From a virus (Duplodnaviria > Caudoviricetes): a stretch of DNA of 64,000 bases. Shown here one piece after another: positions 47,455 through 56,490 of this stretch. Location of the stretch: the IMG/VR virus record IMGVR_UViG_3300010885_080481; one strand, given 5' to 3'. The translations under genes were made by a program, and so were the position numbers. The notes beneath the pieces were generated by a model. That model was not told the DNA's origin and did not search any database. It saw only the letters and a program-made list of their open reading frames with translations. The stretch's first letter is position 1. Every line of letters starts with the position of its first letter.

Positions 47455-48179
47455 TAAGTAGGCAGTGAGTGTTGTCTCAATGGACAATCACTTTTGTTGC
47501 GAGAAGATCTAGAAGCAGGATGACCAGGTTTTAACAGGTTGTGTAAGTCTTCTCCTTCTTTACTTGCAAAGACTGATTTGACTTCGCCTGTTTCACTATT
47601 AAAAATGATAGTATAACCGCCTCTAGTCATATCTAGGGGTTTTTTTAACGTGTTCATGTAGTCGAACTTACCCGCTTTTGACATTTCTTTATCAAACCAA
47701 GCTTCAAGCACGAAGTTAGAGACAGAAACCGTCACACCGTTAACATCAATTTCGTAGGAATCTCCCTGGACAGGGTCACAAAGCTCTAGGGCCACGAAGG
47801 TATGATCCCCTCTGTTGGACCACAAGTTAATGTAAGGATTGTAGAAAGTCTCTAATATTTCATGCGATAGGACAGTAGAAACAGCATGCGTTCCTTTTAA
47901 TACCGTTCCACCGTGTTTTAGTAGCGGGTCCGTAAAAACTCTACACCAAACTCTTCCGTCAGGATCTTGCGTATGGTATCCAAGAGCACCAGCAACATCT
48001 GGAGAGTCAATAAGAACCACGGGGAATCCATCATTACCACCTACCTTTATCTCCCACGGCACCCTTTCCAGGAGCGGGGCAGCATGTTGATTCATTTGTA
48101 TCTTGCAGGCTTCAACCATTAAGTTTAAGTCTGCTTCTGAAACGTTAGTCGACTTATTGATGACATTAAACGTTCTCAT
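47451..48179 (-). CDS. Zincin-like metallopeptidase (HExxE)
   Basis: ALGYH, VLSHEILE, ELCDPV and VSNFV...WF. Lies opposite to the cluster, with ATATTTA upstream. Confidence 0.6.
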   Translation of the reverse strand: MRTFNVINKSTNVSEADLNLMVEACKIQMNQHAAPLLERVPWEIKVGGNDGFPVVLIDSPDVAGALGYHTQDPDGRVWCRVFTDPLLKHGGTVLKGTHAVSTVLSHEILETFYNPYINLWSNRGDHTFVALELCDPVQGDSYEIDVNGVTVSVSNFVLEAWFDKEMSKAGKFDYMNTLKKPLDMTRGGYTIIFNSETGEVKSVFASKEGEDLHNLLKPGHPASRSSRNKSDCPLRQHSLPTY

Positions 48180-48182
48180 AAT

Positions 48183-48212
48183 TGTAAATATTCGTCACAA
48201 CAGTTGTATAAT
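48183..48212 (+). promoter_or_regulatory. Divergent promoter region
   Basis: On +, TGTAAA, 18 nt, TATAAT toward epimerase 2. On -, ATATTTA (48185-48191) toward the peptidase. Confidence 0.45.
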
Positions 48213-48230
48213 TGAAAAGGTATAAATCAT

Positions 48231-49199
48231 ATGAGAATTTTAGTAACTGGGGGAGCAGGCTTCATCGGCAGCAATTTAGCTCGTAAATGTGTTGAAGAAG
48301 AACATTACGTGGATGTTGTAGACAATTTGTTGAATGGTCACATCTCTTTTGTTCCTCATCAACTGAGAACAAATAATCTGTATATTTGTAATTTTGATTC
48401 TGCTCACATTTTGAATAAAATTAGAAATAAAGAATACGATGTTGTTGTTCATCTGGCTGCTATTCCTAGAGTGAGTTATTCTGTTGAACACCCATTAGAG
48501 ACTAATGAAACCAATGTGTCAGCAACGCTTAGATTGATAGACGCTTGCAAAGGCAATATAAAACGTTTCGTTTTTGCTTCTTCATCTTCTGTGTACGGAG
48601 GAGCTGAAAATTTGCCAACCAAAGAAAAAGAACTGAAAAATCCTAAATCTCCCTATGCATTTCAAAAATCGATTATAGAAGACTATTTGAAGATCTACTA
48701 CGACAATTTTGGATTAGACTCAGCAAGTCTACGTTTCTTTAACGTTTTTGGTCCTAATCAGTTAGGCAACTCTCCTTATTCCACTGCGGTTTCTGCATGG
48801 GTAAATGCGATTTTGAGAGGGAAATCCATGCGTTCCGATGGGGATGGGTCTCAATCAAGAGACATGTGTTACGTAGACAACGTCGTAGACGTGTGCTTAC
48901 GCGCAGCAATGTCTGATAAGATTATTGCGGCTGAAACGCTAAACGTAGCATGTGGTGATAGAACGACGAATAAAGAAATTTTGCAATATTTGTTGAAAAA
49001 ATTCCCAGATTCCAAATACCATGATGCACCATGGCGTCCAGGAGATGTCATGCACACACAAGCAGACGTCAGTAGAACAAAAGAAGTATTAGGGTACGTT
49101 CCTCTTGTGCATTTTTGGGAAGGATTGGAAAAGACCATTCAGTGGTACCAAGATAATTGGGAATTAATTCTATCACTGGATGATCAAGGAAATATATGA
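48231..49199 (+). CDS. NAD-dependent NDP-sugar epimerase 2 (UDP-Glc/GlcNAc 4-epimerase-like SDR)
   Basis: GGAGFIG, HLAA, ASSSSVYG, PKSPYAFQK, LRFFNVFGP, RDMCYV and RPGDV.H. Confidence 0.9.
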   Translation: MRILVTGGAGFIGSNLARKCVEEEHYVDVVDNLLNGHISFVPHQLRTNNLYICNFDSAHILNKIRNKEYDVVVHLAAIPRVSYSVEHPLETNETNVSATLRLIDACKGNIKRFVFASSSSVYGGAENLPTKEKELKNPKSPYAFQKSIIEDYLKIYYDNFGLDSASLRFFNVFGPNQLGNSPYSTAVSAWVNAILRGKSMRSDGDGSQSRDMCYVDNVVDVCLRAAMSDKIIAAETLNVACGDRTTNKEILQYLLKKFPDSKYHDAPWRPGDVMHTQADVSRTKEVLGYVPLVHFWEGLEKTIQWYQDNWELILSLDDQGNI

Positions 49200-50179
49200 A
49201 GAATTTTTCTAGCTTTACTGAAGCCTATCGAAACTTGCTTCTTGATGTCTATGAACATCCTGAGTTTTCTTCTGCTCCCCGTGGTTATAAAATTAGAGAA
49301 AAATTGGGCGTGAGTTTCAGCATTACGAACCCAAGAGATCGTTTGCCCTTTCTCACCGGTCGTGATTTTAGCATCTCTTATCTTATTGCAGAATCGTTGT
49401 GGTATTTGTCAGGCGATGATTCCACTGAATGGATTTCTAACTACTCTTCTTTTTGGAAAAGCATTTCTGATGATGGAGTAACTGCTAACAGCGCCTATGG
49501 AGCTCGTATATTCAAACCTCACCCTAGAGTAGCAGGGGAATTAGACCCCGCTTGGACGCAATGGAGGTACGTCGTTGATGAGCTGATTGCAGACCAAGAC
49601 TCCAGAAGAGCAGTCATACATATCAGATCGCCGCAGGATTCTATCCTGGCAAAGAAGGACGTGCCTTGCACGTTGAGCTTGCAGTTTTTTCTTCGTAACG
49701 ATTTGGTTCATATGGTCGTTTCTATGCGTTCATCTGATCTAATTCTAGGATTAGCGTACGACGTCCCTGCTTTTACTTTGTTCCAAGAATTACTAGCTTC
49801 TGAATTATCTAACAGGCTAAATAGACCAATAGGGTTGGGGACGTATACACATGTCAGTAATTCTCTTCATATATACGAGAGACATTTCAAGATGGTAGAA
49901 GAAATCTTGTCTTCACCTATCAACTCTTCAATAGAAATGCCTGCTTTACCTAACAAGGAAGTACCGATCTCTAATATGATGAGTTTTGAAAAAGCCTGCA
50001 GAAATGCTGGTTCGTACCAAGAGATCGATAGGTTACTATCGAATAACGTTATTGAAGATTATTGGAAGGATTGGTTGCTTATTCTTGCATCTCATAGATC
50101 GTTTAAATTTTCTGCTGAACATCAGAAAAAAATCATGAACCAAGTCAGCTTCGAGGGATATAAGTTTTTTAACAAATAA
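49196..50179 (+). CDS. ThyA-fold enzyme, predicted dCMP hydroxymethylase or other dCMP C5-modifying enzyme
   Basis: AE.LWY, DSRRA, PC (C158), MRSSD and SLHIYERH. GLAYD places Asp189 where dUMP enzymes have Asn (E. coli N177). Confidence 0.75.
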   Translation: MKNFSSFTEAYRNLLLDVYEHPEFSSAPRGYKIREKLGVSFSITNPRDRLPFLTGRDFSISYLIAESLWYLSGDDSTEWISNYSSFWKSISDDGVTANSAYGARIFKPHPRVAGELDPAWTQWRYVVDELIADQDSRRAVIHIRSPQDSILAKKDVPCTLSLQFFLRNDLVHMVVSMRSSDLILGLAYDVPAFTLFQELLASELSNRLNRPIGLGTYTHVSNSLHIYERHFKMVEEILSSPINSSIEMPALPNKEVPISNMMSFEKACRNAGSYQEIDRLLSNNVIEDYWKDWLLILASHRSFKFSAEHQKKIMNQVSFEGYKFFNK

Positions 50180-50187
50180 GGAATTTT

Positions 50188-50754
50188 ATGCTGCTAAATC
50201 CTCAATTTATTTTATATTGCGGTCCTATGTTCAGCTCAAAAACGACTGGGCTTCTATCTTCAATTGATCGTTTTAGATACCAAAACAAAAAGGTCATTGT
50301 TTTTAAACCAAAGCTTGACGATAGGTACGTTGAAGATTTTGTTTGCACTCATAGTGGGTGGAAAGTGGCAGCAACTTGTATCAAAGAAGGAAGCGACATC
50401 TTAGAAAAGTTATCAGAGATGGAAGAAAATCCGCACGTCGTTGCCGTCGACGAAGCTTTTATGATACCTGGAATTGCAAAAGTTCTTATTTGGTTATACA
50501 GAAGCGGATATTCAGTTGTCGTTTCATCTTTGGATTTATCAGCCACTGGTAAACCTTTTGACGAGATTGAAAAAATGTTGCCTTGGACTACGCACGTAGA
50601 AAAGAGAAGTGCAGTGTGTACAGTCTGTAGCAGAGACGCTTATTACACTTACAAGAAGCAAATGGGCGGAGATGAGATTGAAGTTGGTGGGTCTGAACTT
50701 TACGAGCCTAGATGCTTAAAATGTCATCCATTGATCTTTGATCCTTCAAGGTGA
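50188..50754 (+). CDS. tdk: Thymidine kinase
   Basis: GPMFSSKT, D.RY, VDEAF, C.VC, IEVGG.E.YEPRCLKC. Confidence 0.9.
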   Translation: MLLNPQFILYCGPMFSSKTTGLLSSIDRFRYQNKKVIVFKPKLDDRYVEDFVCTHSGWKVAATCIKEGSDILEKLSEMEENPHVVAVDEAFMIPGIAKVLIWLYRSGYSVVVSSLDLSATGKPFDEIEKMLPWTTHVEKRSAVCTVCSRDAYYTYKKQMGGDEIEVGGSELYEPRCLKCHPLIFDPSR

Positions 50755-50758
50755 TTTT

Positions 50759-51226
50759 ATGGATTTTAATAGACATTTGCAAAAGCTTGAAGTTTTTATG
50801 AAAATGTGTAAAGAACTTTCAACGCTTTCGTATGATGAAAAGTATAAGGTGTCTTCTATTATTATCACTTCTGATTATAGAGAAGTTTGTGCAATAGGAT
50901 ACAACGGAAGCTATAAAGGTGGTCCTAATCAAAGAAGTTCTTTAGAACATGGAGGGTCTGGATTTTTACATGCAGAAGAAAATGCCTTGTTCCACCTCTG
51001 CAAACCATACGAACTTAGGAACAATTTGCTAATGTTGTGCACACACAAACCTTGTTCTATGTGTGCGAAAAGAATAGTAAATAGTGGAATACAAAAAATA
51101 GTTTTTGATATTGATTATGTTGATCAAGAGGCGTCTGCTGACCAAATATTCCAAGTCAGCGGTACGAAATGTATAAAGTATCAAGACTTAATTTCTTTTC
51201 CTCAAATCTTGTTTGCGTCTAACTAA
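50759..51226 (+). CDS. dCMP deaminase
   Basis: GYNG, HAEENAL and PCSMCAKRIVNSGI. Confidence 0.85.
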   Translation: MDFNRHLQKLEVFMKMCKELSTLSYDEKYKVSSIIITSDYREVCAIGYNGSYKGGPNQRSSLEHGGSGFLHAEENALFHLCKPYELRNNLLMLCTHKPCSMCAKRIVNSGIQKIVFDIDYVDQEASADQIFQVSGTKCIKYQDLISFPQILFASN

Positions 51227-51230
51227 CGTG

Positions 51231-51238
51231 ATAATTAC
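51231..51238 (+). promoter_or_regulatory. Candidate late-promoter motif ATAATTAC
   Basis: Marks the start of the leader-rich gene block. Confidence 0.4.
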
Positions 51239-51260
51239 TATACAGCTCTAGGTATAATTC

Positions 51261-51554
51261 ATGAAGAAATTATCAGAAAAAGAAATTATCCGTTTAATGC
51301 GAGAAGAATGGATTAAAAAAGTCAATGGATTGTTGTCTGAAAAAGCAGAAAAAAATTCAGACAACTTAAAAATGCTGGCAAGAGTGAACGGAAAAGAAAA
51401 GTTAGTGATCTCTCCAGATCTAAAAGTCGAAAAGGACAATTTTCTTTATACTGTGGTCAGCGTAAATGAAAAAGAAGTTACTTTAAGAAAACCTTCTGGC
51501 GAAGAATTCACTATCACGTCAAAAGAGTTTGAAGAAGAATTTGAAAGAGAATGA
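51261..51554 (+). CDS. Hypothetical protein with leader KEIIRLMREE
   Basis: 97 aa with a beta-rich C-terminal half. Confidence 0.65.
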   Translation: MKKLSEKEIIRLMREEWIKKVNGLLSEKAEKNSDNLKMLARVNGKEKLVISPDLKVEKDNFLYTVVSVNEKEVTLRKPSGEEFTITSKEFEEEFERE

Positions 51555-51567
51555 TGGAGTTTGCATT

Positions 51568-52308
51568 ATGAACAAAAACAATAATGATAAAATTGAATTA
51601 GATAACATCTTAAAAAGCGTGGTCAAGAACTCCATCGCCAAGCACGCTCCTGTTTCGCAACTTCAAGAAGTTGCTGATGATTCAAATTCTTTAAAGGAAG
51701 CATACGTAGCTGAACCTAAAGTTTTTAAACAGGTAACAGAGTTTGTTACCCAAAAAACCAAAAGTGCTCATTATGATCTTTACAAGGGTTATACTGAATC
51801 TTTGACTAAAGTATCTGCCAAGCTAGATTCTGTCAATAGACCAGATGCAAATCCTAGAAGTTCTGAATACGCTTCATTGAAAAAAGATGAAGTTTATAAT
51901 CTAAATGCAACATGGTTACATGAATTATATTTTGCTAACTGTTTTGACCCACATTCAGAAATTACTATGGATTCCATGTCTTATCTCAGGCTTGAGAGAG
52001 ACTTCGGCACATTCGAAGATTGGCAACGAGATTTTATTGCCTGTGCATCAGCTGCAGGAGTTGGTTGGGCTGTTTGTGGATATCACATGTTCTTACAACG
52101 GTATGTTAACACGTTCGTCGGTCTGCACGATCGGAATGTGATGCTAGGGTTGTATCCAATCATGGTTGTAGACATGTGGGAACATGCTCATAGAGATTAT
52201 CTTAATGATAAAAAGAGCTACATAGTTTCTCAAATGAGAGAAATTAATTGGAATGTAGTAGAAGAGAGAGTAGTTAAAGCAGAACAGATAGCGCAGGCGT
52301 TGAAATGA
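51568..52308 (+). CDS. Fe/Mn superoxide dismutase-like protein with N-terminal extension
   Basis: HYDLYKGY, LHELYFAN, GWAV and DMWEHAH. Confidence 0.75.
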   Translation: MNKNNNDKIELDNILKSVVKNSIAKHAPVSQLQEVADDSNSLKEAYVAEPKVFKQVTEFVTQKTKSAHYDLYKGYTESLTKVSAKLDSVNRPDANPRSSEYASLKKDEVYNLNATWLHELYFANCFDPHSEITMDSMSYLRLERDFGTFEDWQRDFIACASAAGVGWAVCGYHMFLQRYVNTFVGLHDRNVMLGLYPIMVVDMWEHAHRDYLNDKKSYIVSQMREINWNVVEERVVKAEQIAQALK

Positions 52309-52856
52309 AGAATAAGAAGCAAACGTCCATGACAGCAGGTCTACTTCGTAGGATTATTGCTGAAGAGATAAAAAAGGTCATTCTAGAATCCCCAGAAAAA
52401 GAACTGAAAGAAGATTCTGTGGATTTACAAATAGATTCTTATTTCGTTGACTATGAATCAGAAGCTAAGAGGCTTAAAGCTGAAGGTACAGATTTTCGTA
52501 GGTTGACTCGTCAATTTCTGCTAGAGGCGGAAGATGATAAAGAGTCTAAGGAAGACAAGAAAGATTCTGCGGACAAGAAAAAGCTGTCTGTTGAGGACAT
52601 AGATTTAGAAAATTTTGCTGTTGGTGTGGTAAGGCTTATCGATAATTACGATTCTTTACTTGAAATAAAGTTGACGATAGCAAAAAGAGCTACAAATTTC
52701 TTATTAAAAAATTATGATGCTTTAACCGCTAAGGAATTTAAGGAGATTTTATCAGAACAGTTTGATATCTTCGTAGATCACCCAGAACAAGCAGATGAAC
52801 CTTATCTAGCACCTCCTGCCGACAGAGCTTTAGGTCCATCGGGGGGTGCGACTTGA
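52305..52856 (+). CDS. Hypothetical protein with leader LLRRIIAEE
   Basis: 183 aa, acidic. Confidence 0.65.
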   Translation: MKNKKQTSMTAGLLRRIIAEEIKKVILESPEKELKEDSVDLQIDSYFVDYESEAKRLKAEGTDFRRLTRQFLLEAEDDKESKEDKKDSADKKKLSVEDIDLENFAVGVVRLIDNYDSLLEIKLTIAKRATNFLLKNYDALTAKEFKEILSEQFDIFVDHPEQADEPYLAPPADRALGPSGGAT

Positions 52857-53188
52857 TAAGAACTGATATTTTACATGATAGAAAGTGTATTCATGTAAAA
52901 CTCAAAAAAGACGTTCATTTAAAATTAAGAGAAAAATTATTTGCCTATCAACTTTCTATACAAGCTGTATTTGACGAATTTGCTCATCATATCGTAAATG
53001 ATGAAAAAAAAGCTCTAAAATTTTTAGAAGATCTCGCCATAAAAAGAGCACAAGCAGAGCTTGATAAACCTACTAAGTCTAGAATAATAGCAACTAAAGA
53101 GCGTGTCGATGAACTAGATCATAACACGCTTTATAATATGATTAATGCAGAAGAAACAAGAGCAAGAACAAGAAAAAACCCTATTTGA
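52853..53188 (+). CDS. Hypothetical protein (possible ribbon-helix-helix N-terminus)
   Basis: IHVKL..DVHLKLR...LSIQAVF. Confidence 0.5.
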   Translation: MIRTDILHDRKCIHVKLKKDVHLKLREKLFAYQLSIQAVFDEFAHHIVNDEKKALKFLEDLAIKRAQAELDKPTKSRIIATKERVDELDHNTLYNMINAEETRARTRKNPI

Positions 53189-53435
53189 CGTAATTGCAGA
53201 TAGATTAATAAATTCGTCTAGCATGTTTGTGTCATTGACTAAAGAAACCTTAGCTTTAGCGAAAGAAGTGAAAAAGTTAAAAGAAACAGTAACATCTCTC
53301 ATACAAGCTGTTCAAATTCAGCAAACATTTATAGATGAATTAATGGAACTTCATGATAATTCAACTGCTGCTACGAAAAGCTTAAATTCAACTTTAATTA
53401 GCAAAAAAAATGATAAGAATGAAAAGCCGAATTAA
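53145..53435 (+). CDS. Hypothetical coiled-coil protein
   Basis: Heptad-like LAKEVKKLKETVTSL. Confidence 0.55.
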   Translation: MQKKQEQEQEKTLFDVIADRLINSSSMFVSLTKETLALAKEVKKLKETVTSLIQAVQIQQTFIDELMELHDNSTAATKSLNSTLISKKNDKNEKPN

Positions 53436-53838
53436 ATCTGAGACTTATGCTTTTTTTCAAAAGTTTTGGTTAACTTGCAAAAAAAACTGGGGTTATTTTG
53501 TTGCTGCTTTTGGTGTTGCTATTACTTTTCTTTTCTTAAAGAAAGAAAAAACTTCTTTGCTTGATCAAATAAGCGTAATTAGAGAATCTTATGAAGATCA
53601 AATAAAGCAGATTGAATTAGCTCGACGTGAAGAAAGAGAAAAGAATGCTAAGGCGTTAGAGCTTCTTCAAAAAAGACTCGACGAAGTCCAAAGACAATAC
53701 GAGAAAGCTAAAATAGAGCTTGATAAAAAGAAAAAAGAAGAAATAAAAGAATTGATGGAAAAATATTCTAATGATCCTGATGCTCTAGCTAAAAAGCTTT
53801 CTGAGGCAACTGGATTTAAGGTAATTTTACCGGAGTGA
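53410..53838 (+). CDS. Membrane-anchored coiled-coil protein (i-spanin-like topology)
   Basis: N-terminal TM (YFVAAFGVAITFLFL) followed by a charged coiled coil. Confidence 0.55.
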   Translation: MIRMKSRIKSETYAFFQKFWLTCKKNWGYFVAAFGVAITFLFLKKEKTSLLDQISVIRESYEDQIKQIELARREEREKNAKALELLQKRLDEVQRQYEKAKIELDKKKKEEIKELMEKYSNDPDALAKKLSEATGFKVILPE

Positions 53839-54368
53839 TCATGAAGAAAATTTTAGCGATATTGATTAGCACTTCTATATTAGTTCAATCTTCTTTATCA
53901 TATGCAGATGAACTTACGAAACCTAGTATAACTGCGCTGGTAGAAGAAGTAGCCCCAGAAGTTCCAAAAGCTGAAAAAGACGTAGGAGCCTCTTTGTCAC
54001 CATTAAAGAAATTTCAGCTTGCTCCTTTCACAGGTGTTTTATTGTCTCCTCTAGCAGTTTCCAGTCTTATCGCGGAATTGAACGCAAAATCAGAAGAAAT
54101 TAAAATTGAGGTGAATAAGGCCAAAGCCGAAACCAAAGTTAATTTTGAATATGAAAAAAGCATCTTACAAAACAGTTGTACCGCTGACAAAAAAGTTATA
54201 GAGGCTAATTTGATTAACCAACAAAAGCAAATAGCTTCATTAGATGCAGCTTTACGTGCTGAAATTGAATCAAGACCAAATCCCGTAGGATGGGCGATTT
54301 TAGGATTAGCTGCAGGTGTCGTCGTTGCAACCGCAACGGCGTCTGTAATAGTTGCAGCAGGTAATTGA
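53835..54368 (+). CDS. Protein with signal peptide, coiled coil and C-terminal TM helix
   Basis: MKKILAILISTSILVQSSLSYA-DE and WAILGLAAGVVVATATASVIV. Confidence 0.6.
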   Translation: MIMKKILAILISTSILVQSSLSYADELTKPSITALVEEVAPEVPKAEKDVGASLSPLKKFQLAPFTGVLLSPLAVSSLIAELNAKSEEIKIEVNKAKAETKVNFEYEKSILQNSCTADKKVIEANLINQQKQIASLDAALRAEIESRPNPVGWAILGLAAGVVVATATASVIVAAGN

Positions 54369-54727
54369 GGAATATTATGAAAAGAACGCTATCAGTACCT
54401 CCAGTAGATACCTTCGCATCTCGAAAATTAAAACCAGTAGATCCTGATGTTGAAAAAGGAAATGTTGTTCCTTGGTGGTGGATGCGGAATGATAAAGGTC
54501 GCAAATCAGTTAGCGTAACTTTCGCAACTATGTCATTCATCGTGACAACGTTGGTTTATTTAGCAGCAACATTTGAAAAGATCGGGCCTATATCATTTCG
54601 AGCTTTCGACGTCGGCGCCTGTATGGCTTATTTTCTTCCTGCATTAAGTTTGTATTTCGGTCGTCGATTGACGGACGCAAAGTACGCAAACGATACAAAA
54701 TCTTCTCAAAACGATCAAATTGGATAA
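54365..54727 (+). CDS. Small two-TM membrane protein (holin-like topology)
   Basis: GRKSVSVTFATMSFIVTTLVYL and ACMAYFLPALSLYFGRR. Confidence 0.5.
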   Translation: MRNIMKRTLSVPPVDTFASRKLKPVDPDVEKGNVVPWWWMRNDKGRKSVSVTFATMSFIVTTLVYLAATFEKIGPISFRAFDVGACMAYFLPALSLYFGRRLTDAKYANDTKSSQNDQIG

Positions 54728-54734
54728 CAACTTG

Positions 54735-54742
54735 ATAGTTAT
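54735..54742 (+). promoter_or_regulatory. Candidate late-promoter motif ATAGTTAT
   Basis: Intergenic, 11 nt upstream of a gene carrying the shared leader. Confidence 0.45.
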
Positions 54743-54753
54743 CAGAGATAATC

Positions 54754-55725
54754 ATGAAGCAAGTTATTATAGCAGAATCAGCGTTACGAGAAATTTTGCG
54801 AGAAGAAATGAGTTCATATCATTCAGATTCTCAACCTTCAGTAACGATGCCGGTCAACGTTAATCCCGTTGTGGCACCTGATGCTCCTGAAGTAGACTCT
54901 ACTAATGACAATTTTATTCCAAAGAATAAAACAGAACTTTTGTCGGCTCTACGGATGTTGTGTAATGTTAATGATGATGAAGTTCCTGAGGTTTATATAA
55001 CAATAAAAGATTCGTTGCAAAAGCAAGAGGAAAAAATGGGCAAAAATGACGTCAAAGAATCAATAAGACTCGCTGTAAGAAAGATGCTATCTGAAATTTC
55101 TGCGAGTGAAAAAAAGCAAGCTGCAGCTGATAAATTGTGGAGCGAGCTACCGCAAGTGGATCCTTCTAAGTATCCGCCTGTTACCAAAGTACCTGCTGGG
55201 GCTTCTGCCCTCGGTGGCGAACCTGCTGAGAAAAAAGCAAAGTTTGAAAAGAACAAAGCACAGCTTCAAAAAACTTTTCAAACCATGAAAATGTCTGATA
55301 TCGAAGAAGAAGAACCAGCAAGTTCAGAGCCTGAAGCAAGAAAAAATGTAATGATGTCTGACGTCGGTGGAGCATCGTTCAAGGAGATTGCTAAAGAACT
55401 AGGATTTGCAGCAGAATCAGGCGCAAAGCAAGCCGTTGAAAAAGCTCTTGCAAAAGCCAAATTTATTACGACAATGGATCTCCTCAATCCAGAAGAATTA
55501 GAAATAATAGTGTTACAGACCATGTCTGATTACATAGATTTTCTAAAGAGCTCCGGTGAACTTGACGCAGAAGAAGTTAAAATGTTGAAAAACAACCCAG
55601 GCGTAGTGAAAGAGCTTGATGGGTTTAGAGAATTTCTAGACAAGAACTTACGAAAAGTGAAAAAAACAGCAGAAGGTTCTTCAGCTGTTGAAGAATCTGT
55701 TGTTAAAGTTCGTAGAAAGAAGTGA
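54754..55725 (+). CDS. Hypothetical protein with leader ALREILREE
   Basis: Second leader-like segment SIRLAVRKMLSE; HTH-like ASFKEIAKELG. Confidence 0.65.
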   Translation: MKQVIIAESALREILREEMSSYHSDSQPSVTMPVNVNPVVAPDAPEVDSTNDNFIPKNKTELLSALRMLCNVNDDEVPEVYITIKDSLQKQEEKMGKNDVKESIRLAVRKMLSEISASEKKQAAADKLWSELPQVDPSKYPPVTKVPAGASALGGEPAEKKAKFEKNKAQLQKTFQTMKMSDIEEEEPASSEPEARKNVMMSDVGGASFKEIAKELGFAAESGAKQAVEKALAKAKFITTMDLLNPEELEIIVLQTMSDYIDFLKSSGELDAEEVKMLKNNPGVVKELDGFREFLDKNLRKVKKTAEGSSAVEESVVKVRRKK

Positions 55726-55728
55726 ATT

Positions 55729-56490
55729 ATGTTCGTACAATCTGCTCCTGTTGTTGCAGCTGTTCAGTTCGATCCAAAGATTCTTGAAGTTCATGAAAAT
55801 TTGGCGACAGCTCGTTCTCTTGCTTTTGAAGCTGCAGCAAAAGGAGCAGCTGTCGTTGTTTTACCTGAACTGTGTATAAGCGGATATACTTTAAGGGACT
55901 ATAAAGAAGCCGCTGAATGTTCTCAAACAAAGAGCGGGTATCAGACGGAAGCTTTTCTTACAATCGCAAAAAATTGTAATTGTCATATTATTTTTGGGTA
56001 TGTTGAATTGTTAGAAGGAAAGCTTTATAATTCTGCTGCTGTTGTAGGCCCTTCTGGATTAGTAGCTAATTACCAAAAACACAATTTGTGGGCTAATGAT
56101 TACTTGTGGGCTGAACCTTCAGAGTCTGTAAATCCTGTTGTCACAACTCGCGCAGGTCGATTAGGAGCTTTGATTTGTAGAGATTCTCTTAACAATTATA
56201 GAGAATCATATAAATTCTACAAGCCGGATTTCCGATTTTATAGGCAAGGTTCAGTAGATACGATAGCATTATTAACGAACTGGTCAGGTCAAATTACCCA
56301 CCCAGATAATTCTTGGGTAGAGCTTGCAGAACAGACTAACTCTAACGTTATTGTTTCTAGCAGAGTTGGTAAAGAGAGAAATTTGAAGTTTAATGGAGGA
56401 TCTACGATAATAGATAAAAAGTTGAATGTTTGGACTAACGGATCTTCTTTCACCGAAGCCGCTGTCGTTGGAGGAACGGTTATTCTATGA
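55729..56490 (+). CDS. Carbon-nitrogen hydrolase (nitrilase/amidase family)
   Basis: Glu-Lys-Cys triad in LPEL, YQKHNL and LICRD. Confidence 0.88.
   Translation: MFVQSAPVVAAVQFDPKILEVHENLATARSLAFEAAAKGAAVVVLPELCISGYTLRDYKEAAECSQTKSGYQTEAFLTIAKNCNCHIIFGYVELLEGKLYNSAAVVGPSGLVANYQKHNLWANDYLWAEPSESVNPVVTTRAGRLGALICRDSLNNYRESYKFYKPDFRFYRQGSVDTIALLTNWSGQITHPDNSWVELAEQTNSNVIVSSRVGKERNLKFNGGSTIIDKKLNVWTNGSSFTEAAVVGGTVIL

Noticed and set aside
49196-50179. Ordinary thymidylate synthase or dUMP hydroxymethylase
   Set aside because: It has Asp rather than Asn at the specificity position, and ThyX is already present.
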